Below are positions 47,543-57,602 of a stretch of DNA of 64,000 nucleotides, one piece after another. This DNA comes from Candidatus Deferrimicrobiaceae bacterium (GTDB lineage: Bacteria; Desulfobacterota; Deferrimicrobia; Deferrimicrobiales; Deferrimicrobiaceae): assembly GCA_963792415.1 (NCBI GenBank), contig CAWBVY010000007.1:96001-160000 (forward strand). The letters are read 5' to 3'. The notes below the pieces were generated by a model. The model ran no database searches and was not told where the DNA came from. It was given only the letters and a program-made list of their open reading frames with translations. Numbering within the stretch: the first letter of the stretch is position 1; each line of letters opens with the position of its first letter. Made by a program: the position numbers and the translations under genes.

Positions 47543-49204
47543 ATGTCGATGTTCTGTTACCAATGCGAGCAGGCTTCCAAAGGCACCGGATGCACCGCCG
47601 TCGGGGTCTGCGGGAAGCAACCCGACGTCGCGGCACTGCAGGACCTGCTGATCTACACGCTGAAAGGGATCGCCTACTGGGCGGACCTCGCCAGAGGACT
47701 TGGAGCCAGGGACGAGGAGATCGACCGCTTCATGATCGACGCCCTGTTCACCACGGTCACCAACGTCGATTTCGACCCCGACACCGTTGCCGTTTTCGTC
47801 GCTGAAGCCGTGCGCCAGCGCGAGCGGGCCAGGGAGCTGTTCAACAAGGCCAACGGGCGCGCCTTCACCGGCTTCCCGCCGGCCGCCGCGAGGAACTGGG
47901 AGCTGCCGGCCGACCGGGCCGCCCAGGTGGAACTGGGAGAGCAGCACGGCGTGAAGGATTTCAAGGTGAATCCGGACGTCCACTCGGTGCGCGAGATCAT
48001 CACCTACGGGATCAAGGGGTATGCCGCCTACGCCGACCATGCCCGCACGCTGGGAAAGGAATCGGAAGAGATCTACGCCTTCACGCACAGGGCGCTGGCG
48101 GCCCTGCTGGACGACCGCCTCGACCTGGACGAGTGCGTCGAACTGGCGATGGAAACCGGCAGGATCAACTACGTCGCGATGGAACTCCTCAACCAGGCCC
48201 ACGTCGAGCGGTACGGCCATCCGGTCCCGACCCCCGTCCAGCTCGGCACGAAGGCCGGGAAGGCGATCCTCGTCTCCGGCCACGACCTGCGCTTCCTGGA
48301 GGAGATCCTCAAGCAGACCGAAGGCACCGGCATCAACGTCTACACCCACGGGGAGATGCTCCCCGCCCACGGCTACCCCGGGCTGAAGAAGTACGCGCAC
48401 CTGGCCGGAAATTTCGGAGGCGCCTGGCAGGACCAGCACAAGGAATTCCCCGTTTTCCCGGGCGCCATCATCTTCAACACCAACTGCATCCAGAAGCCGG
48501 CCGAAAGCTATAAAGACCGGCTGTTTACCTGGGGACTGGTCCGCTGGCCCGGCGTCAAGCACGTCGAAGGGTGGGACTTCTCGGCGGTCATCGGGAAGGC
48601 GCAGGAATGCGAGGGCTTCCCCGAAAACCCCGGCCGGGAGATCCTGACCGGCTTCGGCCACAACGCCGTTCTCGGCGTGGCAGACAAGGTGATCGCTGCG
48701 GTCAAGTCGGGCGCCATCCGGCACTTCTTCCTGATCGGGGGGTGCGACGGCGCCAAGCCGGGCCGCAACTACTACACCGAACTTGCCGAGAAGGCCCCGA
48801 AGGACACGGTGATCCTGACGCTGGCGTGCGGCAAATACCGCTTCAACAAGCTCGAGTTCGGCGACATCGGCGGCATCCCGCGCCTGCTCGACGTCGGGCA
48901 GTGCAACGACTCGTACTCGGCGGTCCGGATAGCCCTCGCGCTGGCCGACGCTTTCCACTGCGGCGTCAACGATCTGCCGCTCTCGATCATCCTTTCCTGG
49001 TATGAGCAGAAAGCGGTCGCCGTCCTGCTCACGCTGCTCCACCTGGGGATCAGGAACATCCGGATCGGGCCGAGCCTGCCGGCGTTCGTCACGCCCAACG
49101 TGCTGAATTACCTTGTGGAGAATTTCAACCTGGCCCCCGTCGGCACCGCCGACGGCGACCTCAATTCGATTCTCGGAGACGCCCTGGGGACCGCCGCCTG
49201 CTGA
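47543..49204 (+). CDS. hcp: Hybrid cluster protein (hydroxylamine/NO reductase)
   Basis: MFCYQCEQ...GCT..GVCGK, SGHDL, YTHGEMLPAH, GGCDG, LACGKYRF, DVGQCND, SWYEQKA. Confidence 0.95.
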   Translation: MSMFCYQCEQASKGTGCTAVGVCGKQPDVAALQDLLIYTLKGIAYWADLARGLGARDEEIDRFMIDALFTTVTNVDFDPDTVAVFVAEAVRQRERARELFNKANGRAFTGFPPAAARNWELPADRAAQVELGEQHGVKDFKVNPDVHSVREIITYGIKGYAAYADHARTLGKESEEIYAFTHRALAALLDDRLDLDECVELAMETGRINYVAMELLNQAHVERYGHPVPTPVQLGTKAGKAILVSGHDLRFLEEILKQTEGTGINVYTHGEMLPAHGYPGLKKYAHLAGNFGGAWQDQHKEFPVFPGAIIFNTNCIQKPAESYKDRLFTWGLVRWPGVKHVEGWDFSAVIGKAQECEGFPENPGREILTGFGHNAVLGVADKVIAAVKSGAIRHFFLIGGCDGAKPGRNYYTELAEKAPKDTVILTLACGKYRFNKLEFGDIGGIPRLLDVGQCNDSYSAVRIALALADAFHCGVNDLPLSIILSWYEQKAVAVLLTLLHLGIRNIRIGPSLPAFVTPNVLNYLVENFNLAPVGTADGDLNSILGDALGTAAC

Positions 49205-49212
49205 TCGGATCC

Positions 49213-49252
49213 GGAGACGGCGCCGGGGAGGATCCACCCCGGCGTCGTCTCC
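49213..49252. terminator. Hairpin between convergent hcp and dehydratase genes
   Basis: GGAGACGGCGCCGGGG / CCCCGGCGTCGTCTCC. Confidence 0.55.
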
Positions 49253-49274
49253 CTCCGCGGGGCAGCGACAAGGT

Positions 49275-50591
49275 TCACGTGAACAGTTCCATGAAGGCGT
49301 GAAGGCGGTTGTACGCCTGCGCCTCCGACCAGGAGCGGGGATCGGCGTGGTCCGCCTCCAGCAGCAACCCTTTCACCCCCCCTTCCGAGGCCAGTCGTCC
49401 CATCAGGTCGATCTGCCCGATGGAGTACGGCTTGCACGAGCGGTCGCTGTGGAAGATGGCGCCGGAAGCAAAGTACTCGCGGCAGAGCCGCTTCATGATC
49501 GAAAGCTTGTACGGCAGATCCCGGTTGAGGAGCACATGGACGTAGGCCCGCGCCGCGGAACCCTCCGGATCCGCCGGGTCGATCATCGCTCCGGCCTCGG
49601 CCCATGCGTTCGTGTAGGTGGCGCAGACGATGTTGAAGCCGTTCCTCGCGAGCACGGTGGAGAGGTCGCGCAGATTGAACCAGATGGGCAGATTGTCCCA
49701 AAGGAGCCGCACGCGCTCGTCGGCGACGCCGCCCACCCCCCGGGCGACCCGGTCGTTCAGCTCGTCGCGCAGCATCCGGTAGTAGGCGTTGCACTCCCGC
49801 GTCCCGCGCATCGCCACGATGGGGGCGAGGTGGAAAAAGGAGTCGAACCCGGTCCAGGGGGACGGGCGGGCGCACCCGGCGCGCAGGCATTCGTCCCAAA
49901 GGCGTGTCCCCTCGCGGGCCAGGCGCATCGTCTCGCCCAGCGCGGCCCGGTCGGCCTTTCGGCCAGCCACCCGCTCGGCGGTCTCCGTGAGTTCCCGCAG
50001 CTGGCCGGCGACGTAGGCCAGGAGGTGGGGCTGCGCTTCGCCGTACACGAAGGGGGCGTCGATGACCACCAGCGGCACGCGGAAATGGGCCGCCAGCGCC
50101 CGGTACCAGTAGAGGACGGTCTGGCAGATGTTGGTGCAGCAGCACAGGAGATCGGGCCTGGGCAGGCGCCCGACGGGGGTCTTGCCGGTGGCGACGCTCC
50201 CGAGGTCCGCCCGGGCGTACCCGCACAGGTCGCGGGAGTACCCCTCGCGCTCCACCGCTTCGGAGAGCCCGGGGACCATCCGCTTCACCGAGCAGATCGC
50301 GCCGTGGTTCTCCGGGTAGACCGTGTGGAACCCGAGCGGACGCAGCATCTCCACCGGGAAGCCGCTGGTGACCCAGGCGACCGGCACCGCCCCGTCGGCG
50401 AAGCGGCCGGCGAGGTAGTGCAGGGTCGTCAGCTCCCTGAGCTTGCGCGTCGCCTCGAGCGGCGGTCCGAACGGCGACTCCGCGCGTCCGCCCGCGCGCC
50501 GGCGAAGGAGGCTCCGCCACCGTCCCATCGCCATGAGGGTCGGTCCGATCGCGCGCGATACGATCTCGTACCGGACCCGGCGGGCGATCAC
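49275..50591 (-). CDS. 2-hydroxyacyl-CoA dehydratase / benzoyl-CoA reductase-family subunit (alpha-like)
   Basis: VYPENHGAIC, YSRDLCGYAR, CTNICQTV, RLLWDNLP, HSDRSCKP, EADHADPR; GTG overlaps the upstream TGA. Confidence 0.82.
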   Translation of the reverse strand: MIARRVRYEIVSRAIGPTLMAMGRWRSLLRRRAGGRAESPFGPPLEATRKLRELTTLHYLAGRFADGAVPVAWVTSGFPVEMLRPLGFHTVYPENHGAICSVKRMVPGLSEAVEREGYSRDLCGYARADLGSVATGKTPVGRLPRPDLLCCCTNICQTVLYWYRALAAHFRVPLVVIDAPFVYGEAQPHLLAYVAGQLRELTETAERVAGRKADRAALGETMRLAREGTRLWDECLRAGCARPSPWTGFDSFFHLAPIVAMRGTRECNAYYRMLRDELNDRVARGVGGVADERVRLLWDNLPIWFNLRDLSTVLARNGFNIVCATYTNAWAEAGAMIDPADPEGSAARAYVHVLLNRDLPYKLSIMKRLCREYFASGAIFHSDRSCKPYSIGQIDLMGRLASEGGVKGLLLEADHADPRSWSEAQAYNRLHAFMELFT

Positions 50592-51685
50592 GGGGCCGTC
50601 CTTCGGGCGTTCACCATCTCGACGAAGGCTTCCAGGCGGGTGGCGACCTGGCCGGAAAGTGATGCCTCGAGCTCGCCCTCCAGGTAGAGCAGCGGCGCCC
50701 CGATCCGGGCGAAGCGGCGGCGGATCGCCGGGGCATCGAAGAGTTCCGGCTCGCAGAATTTCTGCACGTGCATGACGAGCCCGGCGGACCCCGATCGCCG
50801 GTAGAGGGTCTCCAGGTGCTCCATCCGTGCGTCCTGATCCCCTCCCCGGGTCGGGCACGGCGGCATCGCGAACGCCTTCGCCGCCAGCGTGTCGAGCGGA
50901 TCGCCGCCGTCCTCCGGGGTGGAGAGCGGGACGCGCCGTCCGACCGCCGCGTAATCGTCCGCGGCGACGAACGCCCCGGCCGACGCCAGGGCGTCGAGGA
51001 GGGTCATCGGTTCGGGAACGTAGCCGGTGACCATCAGCGGGACGCCGCGCTGCGCAAGCTCCTCGCCGAACCCGCGTGCGGCGACCGCAAGCTCCGCCAG
51101 GTGGTCCCCGGGCTCCAGGAACTCCCCGCGGCGCAGGAGCCGGTACAGCGCGGGATCGGCCATGTCCAGGAAGGCGCGGCGGGAGAGGAACTCCCCGCGA
51201 AGCCGGTCGATCCGTGCGTGCAGTCCGATCGCCTCCGCCAACCGGGGGAGCGCCAGCGGCCGGCCGGTCAGCCGCGCGAGCTCTTCGGCCAGGTGCGCAA
51301 GCTCGGCGCGAACGAACGCCCGGGCGGCGGGGCCGTCCACGCCCTTGGGGTGAAGGAACCGCAGTGCCGGCTTCCCCCAGCCGCCGAAGTCGGGCGCCAG
51401 GGTCGCCAGGCCCTGGATCGAGTCGCACGTGTGCGGGAAGAGGACGGCGTCGGCGGCGTCGGCCCCGCCCGAGGCGAGGAACGCCAGCGCGTTGCGGACG
51501 ACCGCGCAGGCGTACGGCTGGATGCGGCCGGCGTCCGGACCGCGCGGCGGGCCCGGCGGCCCCCACAGTTCCACCGTGTGGACGTCCATCGCGGTGAAAA
51601 GCTCCCGGGGATAGTGGACCGGCAGGACCGCCACGGTCTTGCGGCCGAGCTTCTTCATGGCGGAAATCGTCGCGTTGCGCATCAT
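50588..51685 (-). CDS. 2-hydroxyacyl-CoA dehydratase-family subunit (beta-like)
   Basis: PRELFTAM, IQPYACAVV, FPHTCDSIQ, QKFCEPELFD, TRLEAFVEM. Confidence 0.82.
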   Translation of the reverse strand: MMRNATISAMKKLGRKTVAVLPVHYPRELFTAMDVHTVELWGPPGPPRGPDAGRIQPYACAVVRNALAFLASGGADAADAVLFPHTCDSIQGLATLAPDFGGWGKPALRFLHPKGVDGPAARAFVRAELAHLAEELARLTGRPLALPRLAEAIGLHARIDRLRGEFLSRRAFLDMADPALYRLLRRGEFLEPGDHLAELAVAARGFGEELAQRGVPLMVTGYVPEPMTLLDALASAGAFVAADDYAAVGRRVPLSTPEDGGDPLDTLAAKAFAMPPCPTRGGDQDARMEHLETLYRRSGSAGLVMHVQKFCEPELFDAPAIRRRFARIGAPLLYLEGELEASLSGQVATRLEAFVEMVNARRTAP

Positions 51686-51811
51686 CCGTACTCTGGCATG
51701 TCCCCCCGCGGGGGGCAATGAAGACTGTGCCGGACATGGGTGCCACCCGGGATCGATATGGTAGGCTTTATGAAATAACCGTTTGGGAGTAACCCCTCGG
51801 GAGGATCGATC

Positions 51812-52960
51812 ATGAAGAGCTTCGCACGTCATGCCGTTGTCCTGTTCGCCCTCATACTTCTTTGCGCGGCGGGGACCGCCCACTCGGCGGGCGTCGACAT
51901 GAAGGAGGGGGACTGGGAGATCTCCTCCGAGACGTCGATGACGATGGAGGGGATGTCGATGCCGCCCATGGCCAACAAGTCGACGTACTGCCTCACCCGG
52001 GAAGACATGGTTCCGAAGTCGGAAAAGGACAAGGATTGCAAGATGGTGAAACAGAAAATCGTAGGGAACACCGTCTCCTGGCGCATGGAGTGCAAGAAAG
52101 GGGAGGGGGAAGGGGAAATCACCTACCGCGGGACGACCTACAATGGATTCCTCAAGATGAAGATGGTGGAAGGCGGCGAGACGATGACGATGAACATGAA
52201 GATGTCCGGGAGGTATCTCGGCCCCTGCCCCAAGGGACAGACATCGGGCGCGACCGGGGCGACGGCGGCGCAGATCGGTGCAGGCCAGCAGGCGGTGGCC
52301 CGCGCGCAGCAGCAGCAGGCGGAGATACAGGCGGAACAGGCGGCCAACGCGAAAAAAGGCGAGGCGTTCATGAAACGCGCCGTCGTTCCGGCGGAGGAAC
52401 CGGGAGCGTGCGCCCAGAAGGGGTGCGCGAGATCGCCGGAGTGCGAGAAGAGGATCGGCGAACTCAACCTGAAGCCGGGCGATTACGAGATCACCATCGG
52501 GCAGGTGTCCCGCGTCGGGACCACCTACACGCCGGTCAAGGAGGAACGGAAAACCGTATACGTGGACGAGGAGAACCCGGTGCCGGCCGCCCTGTCGTGC
52601 GGGAAGGCGGCAAGCGTGAAATGGGGCAAGGAGAAGATCACCTGGACCGAAACGCCCGGGGACGGGGCGTCGAAGGGGGGGATCCTCCGCATCCTCTCGG
52701 AGGCTGTCCCTTCCGCCCATGCCGTGACCGGGGTGACGAAGGGGGGGGTCTCCTACCGCGGGAACTCCTTCGAAGGCGCCGTGACGAACACAATGGACCT
52801 CGGGGGGTCTCAGCAATCCTTGAATGTCACGAGTATCAGCGGCCGCAGGGTGGGGGACGGGAACCCTCCGAGGGGGTTGGGCCACTACCCCTCCCGCCCG
52901 AAGGGAGTGATGGATAACCCCGTTCGCAAGCTCAAGGGACTCTTCGACAGCATTCGGTGA
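51812..52960 (+). CDS. Secreted DUF3617-domain protein (two copies)
   Basis: Signal peptide; MKEGDWEI...CLT...DC...GNTVSW..EC...GRYLGPC; second related domain LKPGDYEITI...GRRVG. Confidence 0.65.
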   Translation: MKSFARHAVVLFALILLCAAGTAHSAGVDMKEGDWEISSETSMTMEGMSMPPMANKSTYCLTREDMVPKSEKDKDCKMVKQKIVGNTVSWRMECKKGEGEGEITYRGTTYNGFLKMKMVEGGETMTMNMKMSGRYLGPCPKGQTSGATGATAAQIGAGQQAVARAQQQQAEIQAEQAANAKKGEAFMKRAVVPAEEPGACAQKGCARSPECEKRIGELNLKPGDYEITIGQVSRVGTTYTPVKEERKTVYVDEENPVPAALSCGKAASVKWGKEKITWTETPGDGASKGGILRILSEAVPSAHAVTGVTKGGVSYRGNSFEGAVTNTMDLGGSQQSLNVTSISGRRVGDGNPPRGLGHYPSRPKGVMDNPVRKLKGLFDSIR

Positions 52961-52976
52961 TCCGGGGGGATTCCCG

Positions 52977-53804
52977 ATGTGGACGCGTCCGCTCCTGGCC
53001 TTCTGCCTCGGAATCCTTGCGACGGTTGCGGGGGCCGGGGCGGCGGGTCCACGGGATCTCTTCGGGAACGTCGCGGCGGCGTACCTCGTGAAAGTCGACG
53101 GCCGGGAGGTGTGGTCCCGGAACCCTGACAGGCCCCTTCCCCCCGGCAGCCTCACGAAGATGATGACGGCCCTTCTCGTCCTCGAGCGGGCCGACCTCGG
53201 GCAGGTGGCCGCCGTTTCACGGGAGGCGAGCCGGGAAACGGGGACGCGGCTGGGCCTTGCGCCCGGCGACCGGATGTCCGTGATCGAACTCCTCGGCGCG
53301 ACACTCCTCGGCTCCGCGAACGACGCCTGCCACGTCCTCGCGGACCACGTCGCCGGGAGCGAGACGAAGTTCGTCGACCTGATGAACGCGCGGGCCCGTG
53401 AGATGGGTCTTTCCAACACCCGCTTCGCGAACGCCTGCGGGCACGACGACCCCGGACTGTACTCCACGGCACGGGATCTCGCGCGCCTCGCGGAAACGGC
53501 GATGGGAAACCCCGTGTTCGCGAAGATGTCCGGCCTCGTCGCAGGGGAGATCTCCACGTCCGACGGCGGCAGAACGTTCCACCTCGAGAACAAGAACCTC
53601 CTGATCGGCAGCTATCGGGGGGCGAAAGGGGTGAAGACCGGCTTCACGGGCCGGGCGGGGAAGTGCCTCGCGGCGTTCGCGGAGCGGGACGGGAAGCGGG
53701 TCCTCCTCGTCCTGCTGAACGCGCCCGACCGGTGGTGGAAGGCGGGGCAGATCCTCGACGCCGCGTTCGCCTCCGGACTCGGAGCCTCCGCGGGCCCGCC
53801 GTGA
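52977..53804 (+). CDS. D-alanyl-D-alanine carboxypeptidase (peptidase S11)
   Basis: GSLTK (SxxK), SAND, KTGFT. Confidence 0.9.
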   Translation: MWTRPLLAFCLGILATVAGAGAAGPRDLFGNVAAAYLVKVDGREVWSRNPDRPLPPGSLTKMMTALLVLERADLGQVAAVSREASRETGTRLGLAPGDRMSVIELLGATLLGSANDACHVLADHVAGSETKFVDLMNARAREMGLSNTRFANACGHDDPGLYSTARDLARLAETAMGNPVFAKMSGLVAGEISTSDGGRTFHLENKNLLIGSYRGAKGVKTGFTGRAGKCLAAFAERDGKRVLLVLLNAPDRWWKAGQILDAAFASGLGASAGPP

Positions 53805-55144
53805 AGCGCTTTTCCCCGGTCCTGCTCCTTGCGGGGACCGTCGCCGTCGTCTACCTCAACTCCTTCCTGGGCGCCTTCCAGTACGACGACTACAGCGTCA
53901 TCGTCGACAACGCCGGCGTGCACTCGTGGGGCGCTTTCCTCGCCGGCCTCCCCCGCGGAATCCGACCGCTCCTGAAATTCACGTATACCCTGAACTGGAC
54001 CTCGGGGCTCGGCCTGTTCGGCTTCCACCTGGCGAACGTGACGCTCCACGCTGCGAACGCCGTCATGCTCTTCCTCCTCGCGTCGAGGATCGGTGGCCCG
54101 TCCGTCTCCAGGTTCGCCGCCCTGCTCCCCGCGCTCCTGTTCGCCGTCCACCCCGTCCAGACGGAGGCGGTGACCTATATCTGCGGCAGGTCCGTCTCCC
54201 TGATGACGTTCTTCTACCTCGGAAGCCTCCTCGCCTACCTTCGGGGGCGGGAGCGGGGGAGCCGGTTTTTCCGTTACCTGGCGTCGCCGATCCTGTTCCT
54301 GCTCGCAACCGCCGCCAAGGAGGTGGCGCTCACCCTGCCGTTCGCGCTGGTCCTTTGCGAAGCCGTCCGGCGGGAGAGGAGCGGATGGCTGGAGGCGCTC
54401 CGCTCCCAGGCGGTCCACTGGGGGCTTCTCGCCTCCCTCGCCGTTCTGTTTATCGCTCACTCCGGATACGAACGCCTGCTGGAAGTGTGCTTCGACATAC
54501 GAAGCCCGGCGACCAACCTGTTGACCCAGCTCAACGGAATCTCCTACCTCTTGTCGCATCTCTTCCTGCCGCACTCCCTCAATTTCGACCCCGACCTGCC
54601 GGTCTTCTCCGGGTGGTCCACGGTTCTTCTCCCGGAGGCCCTCCTCCTCGGGGCGCTCCTGGCCGCGGGGATCCTCGGGCTGAGAAAACGGTCCCTTGCG
54701 GGGTTCGGTATCCTCTGGTTCTTCCTCCACCTCGTCCCGACGAACTCCTTCATCCCCCGTTTTGACGTGGCGAACGACCGGCAGCTCTACCTCGCCTCCT
54801 GGGGGCTCTTCCTGTCCGTGGCGACGGGGGCGGATCTCCTGCGCGCGAAGTGGGGTGCGCGGCGGGTCACGGCGGTCGCCACCGTCCTGGTCCTCGCGCT
54901 CGGAGTGCTCACCGTGTCCCGGAACACGGTGTACCGAAGCGAGGTCGCCCTATGGGAGGACACGGCGCGGAAATCCCCCGGGAAGGCGAGGGCGTGGAAC
55001 AACCTCGGCTACGCCTGCGAAGTGGCCGGGCGATTCAAGGAGGCAGAGGCGGCGTATCTGCGGGCGCTCCGCGTCGATCCCGGGTACGCCCTCGCCAGGA
55101 GGAACCTCAGAGGATTGAAGGCGGGATCGGATTCCGTTCCCTGA
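53801..55144 (+). CDS. TMTC-like polytopic membrane protein with C-terminal TPR (GT-C-type glycosyltransferase candidate)
   Basis: FQYDDYSVIVDN, RPL, FHLANVTLH, FAVHPVQTEAV.YI.GR, AKE, NDRQLYL, TPR (AWNNLG). Confidence 0.75.
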   Translation: MKRFSPVLLLAGTVAVVYLNSFLGAFQYDDYSVIVDNAGVHSWGAFLAGLPRGIRPLLKFTYTLNWTSGLGLFGFHLANVTLHAANAVMLFLLASRIGGPSVSRFAALLPALLFAVHPVQTEAVTYICGRSVSLMTFFYLGSLLAYLRGRERGSRFFRYLASPILFLLATAAKEVALTLPFALVLCEAVRRERSGWLEALRSQAVHWGLLASLAVLFIAHSGYERLLEVCFDIRSPATNLLTQLNGISYLLSHLFLPHSLNFDPDLPVFSGWSTVLLPEALLLGALLAAGILGLRKRSLAGFGILWFFLHLVPTNSFIPRFDVANDRQLYLASWGLFLSVATGADLLRAKWGARRVTAVATVLVLALGVLTVSRNTVYRSEVALWEDTARKSPGKARAWNNLGYACEVAGRFKEAEAAYLRALRVDPGYALARRNLRGLKAGSDSVP

Positions 55145-55193
55145 CAAGATCGTTCCGTCCCAGGTGGAACGCGCTTCCGCGGATCCTGACTCG

Positions 55194-56237
55194 TCAGGCC
55201 CGGTGATTGTCGATCAACGGGAAGGTCTTCCCGAAGATGTAGGACCGGGCCTGGACGAGGAAGTCGTGGGGGAAGCCGAGGTCGATCTTGCTGGCCGCGT
55301 CGAGCCTCGCGAGCTGCTCCGGCGCAAGGGCGACATCGAGGCACCCAAGGTTGTCCCGCAATTGCGCGACGGTCCTCGCCCCGACGATCGGGACGGTCAC
55401 CCCGAACGGCTGCTGGCGGACCCATGCGAGCGCCACCTGGGACGCGGTACGGCCGGTCTCCTTCGCCACCTGCGCTGCAGACTCGGCGATCCGCACGCTC
55501 CGTTCCGTGACGGCCGCTTCGGCCCACGCCTCGTCCTTCGCGTACCGCGCGCCGGCGGGCCGGTCTTTCGGGGTTTTGTACTTCCCCGACAGAACGCCTC
55601 CCCCGAGGACCCCCCAGGGCGTCACGGCGATGTCCATCGCCTTCGCCATCGGCAGCAGGTCGCGTTCCGGACTCCGGTCCGCCAGGCTGTACTGGATCTG
55701 CAGTGCGGCGAAGGGACTCCAGTCCTTCAGATCGGCGAGCGTGTTCGCCCGCGACACGACCCATGCGGGGGCGTCGGAGATCCCGACGTAGAGGACCTTC
55801 CCGGCCCGCACCACGTCGTCCAGGGCCCGCATCGTCTCCTCGAGGGGGGTCATCCCGTCCCAGGCGTGGACCCAGTAGAGGTCGATGCAGTCGGTGCCGA
55901 GGCGTTTCAGGCTGGCGTCGAGCGACTGCACCAGGTTCTTCCGGTGGTTCCCGCCGCCGTTCGGGTCGTCCGGGGCCATGTTCAGCGTGTATTTCGTGGC
56001 GAGGACGAACCGCTCCCTCCGGCCTTTCAGGAACTCGCCCACGAACGTTTCGCTCGTGCCGCCCGTGTACAGGTTCGCGGTGTCGACGAAGTTCCCTCCG
56101 GCGTCCGCGAACGCATCGAAAATGGCGCGGCTCTCCTCCTTCGACGCCCCCCAGCCCCACTCCTCGCCGAACGTCATCGTTCCCAGGCACAGTTCGGAGA
56201 CCCGAAGGCCCGTCCTCCCCAGAAGCTTGTACCGCAT
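55194..56237 (-). CDS. Aldo/keto reductase
   Basis: LGRTGLRVSELCLGTMTFG, FVDTANLY, LATKY, IDLYWVH. Confidence 0.92.
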   Translation of the reverse strand: MRYKLLGRTGLRVSELCLGTMTFGEEWGWGASKEESRAIFDAFADAGGNFVDTANLYTGGTSETFVGEFLKGRRERFVLATKYTLNMAPDDPNGGGNHRKNLVQSLDASLKRLGTDCIDLYWVHAWDGMTPLEETMRALDDVVRAGKVLYVGISDAPAWVVSRANTLADLKDWSPFAALQIQYSLADRSPERDLLPMAKAMDIAVTPWGVLGGGVLSGKYKTPKDRPAGARYAKDEAWAEAAVTERSVRIAESAAQVAKETGRTASQVALAWVRQQPFGVTVPIVGARTVAQLRDNLGCLDVALAPEQLARLDAASKIDLGFPHDFLVQARSYIFGKTFPLIDNHRA

Positions 56238-56438
56238 CGTGCGCCTCCTTGCGACTTCCGCGTAGATCAGATTATGTAGTATAGATGAGCGCTGCATGCG
56301 ATCCGTCGCATCCCCCGACGGAGTTCTTCATTACGGGGCTCCTTTTCATGATTTCCGCGTCCAATGAGTGGGACATCGGACGATGGATTCCGCGAAGAAG
56401 ACGCCGCTGGTACCTATCCGAATGGACGGAGGCAACCG

Positions 56439-57602
56439 ATGACCGCCTGGATCCACCGGATCGACACCCTGCTCCCCGACTTTTCCTTTGCCCAGGAAGA
56501 GGCGATGGTGAAGATGCAGGAGTGGGCCCGAGACGACCGGGAGAGGCGCATGGTGCGGGCCGTCTACCTGCACTCGGGGATCGAACGGCGCCACTCCGTG
56601 CTTCGCAACTACGACGGGGAGGGGGAAGGCGCCTTCTTCCGGCGCGACGCAGGTGGTGCACTTCGAGGGCCAGGGACCGCCGCCCGCAACGACATCTTTT
56701 CGGCCGAGTCCCGTTCGATGTCGGTGGCGTTGGCCCGGAAGGTGATCGGGAACTGTCCCCGTGTCACCCCCGCCGACGTGACGCACGTCGTGACCGTGTC
56801 GTGCACCGGGTTCTACAACCCCGGCCCCGACTACTACATCGTGCGCGAGCTGGGCATGTCCGACGCCACGCAGAGGTACCACCTCGGCTTCATGGGGTGT
56901 TACGCCGCCTTCCCCGCCTTGCGGATGGCCTCCCAGTTCTGCGCGGCGGATCCGTCCGCCGTGGTCCTCGTCATGTGCCTCGAGCTGTGCAGCCTGCACC
57001 TCCAGTTGAACGGATCGGAGGACAGCCTGCTGGCGAACTCGCTCTTCGCCGACGGGGCGGGGGCCGCGATCGTTTCCGCCCGGGAGCCGGATCCGGGAGC
57101 GCCCGCCTACCGGCTGGACGGATTCCGCTCCGCCCTGGTCCCCGCCGGCGAGCAGGACATGACGTGGCGGATCGGCGACCAGGGGTTCGACATCGCCCTG
57201 TCGAGCTACGTGCCGAAACTCATCGGCTCGAACATCCGCGAATTGGTCGGGCCCGCGCTCGCCGCCGGGGGGCTGTCGCTGCCCGACGTCGATACGTGGG
57301 CGGTCCACCCCGGGGGGAAGTCGATCATCGACCAGGTGCAGAGGACTCTCGGGCTTTCCGCCGACCAGGTGACCGCATCCCGCGAGGTGCTGCGCCGGTG
57401 CGGGAACATGAGCAGCGCCACCATCCTCTTCGTCCTCGAGGAGATCCTCAATCGTTCCACCGGGGGAGGGAGGGAGCGGGTCTGCGCCGTTGCGTTCGGG
57501 CCGGGGTTGACCGTCGAGACGGCGACCATGGAAGCGGTCGGCGCACGGGAGGTCGCCTGCTTCCCCGGCGCCCTCTCTTTGCCGCCCTTCCCGACGCGAT
57601 GA
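56439..57602 (+). CDS. Type III polyketide synthase (chalcone synthase-like)
   Basis: Cys-His-Asn triad FMGCYAA, VHPGG, GNMSS; VSCTG; LFADGA; FGPGLT. Confidence 0.92.
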   Translation: MTAWIHRIDTLLPDFSFAQEEAMVKMQEWARDDRERRMVRAVYLHSGIERRHSVLRNYDGEGEGAFFRRDAGGALRGPGTAARNDIFSAESRSMSVALARKVIGNCPRVTPADVTHVVTVSCTGFYNPGPDYYIVRELGMSDATQRYHLGFMGCYAAFPALRMASQFCAADPSAVVLVMCLELCSLHLQLNGSEDSLLANSLFADGAGAAIVSAREPDPGAPAYRLDGFRSALVPAGEQDMTWRIGDQGFDIALSSYVPKLIGSNIRELVGPALAAGGLSLPDVDTWAVHPGGKSIIDQVQRTLGLSADQVTASREVLRRCGNMSSATILFVLEEILNRSTGGGRERVCAVAFGPGLTVETATMEAVGAREVACFPGALSLPPFPTR

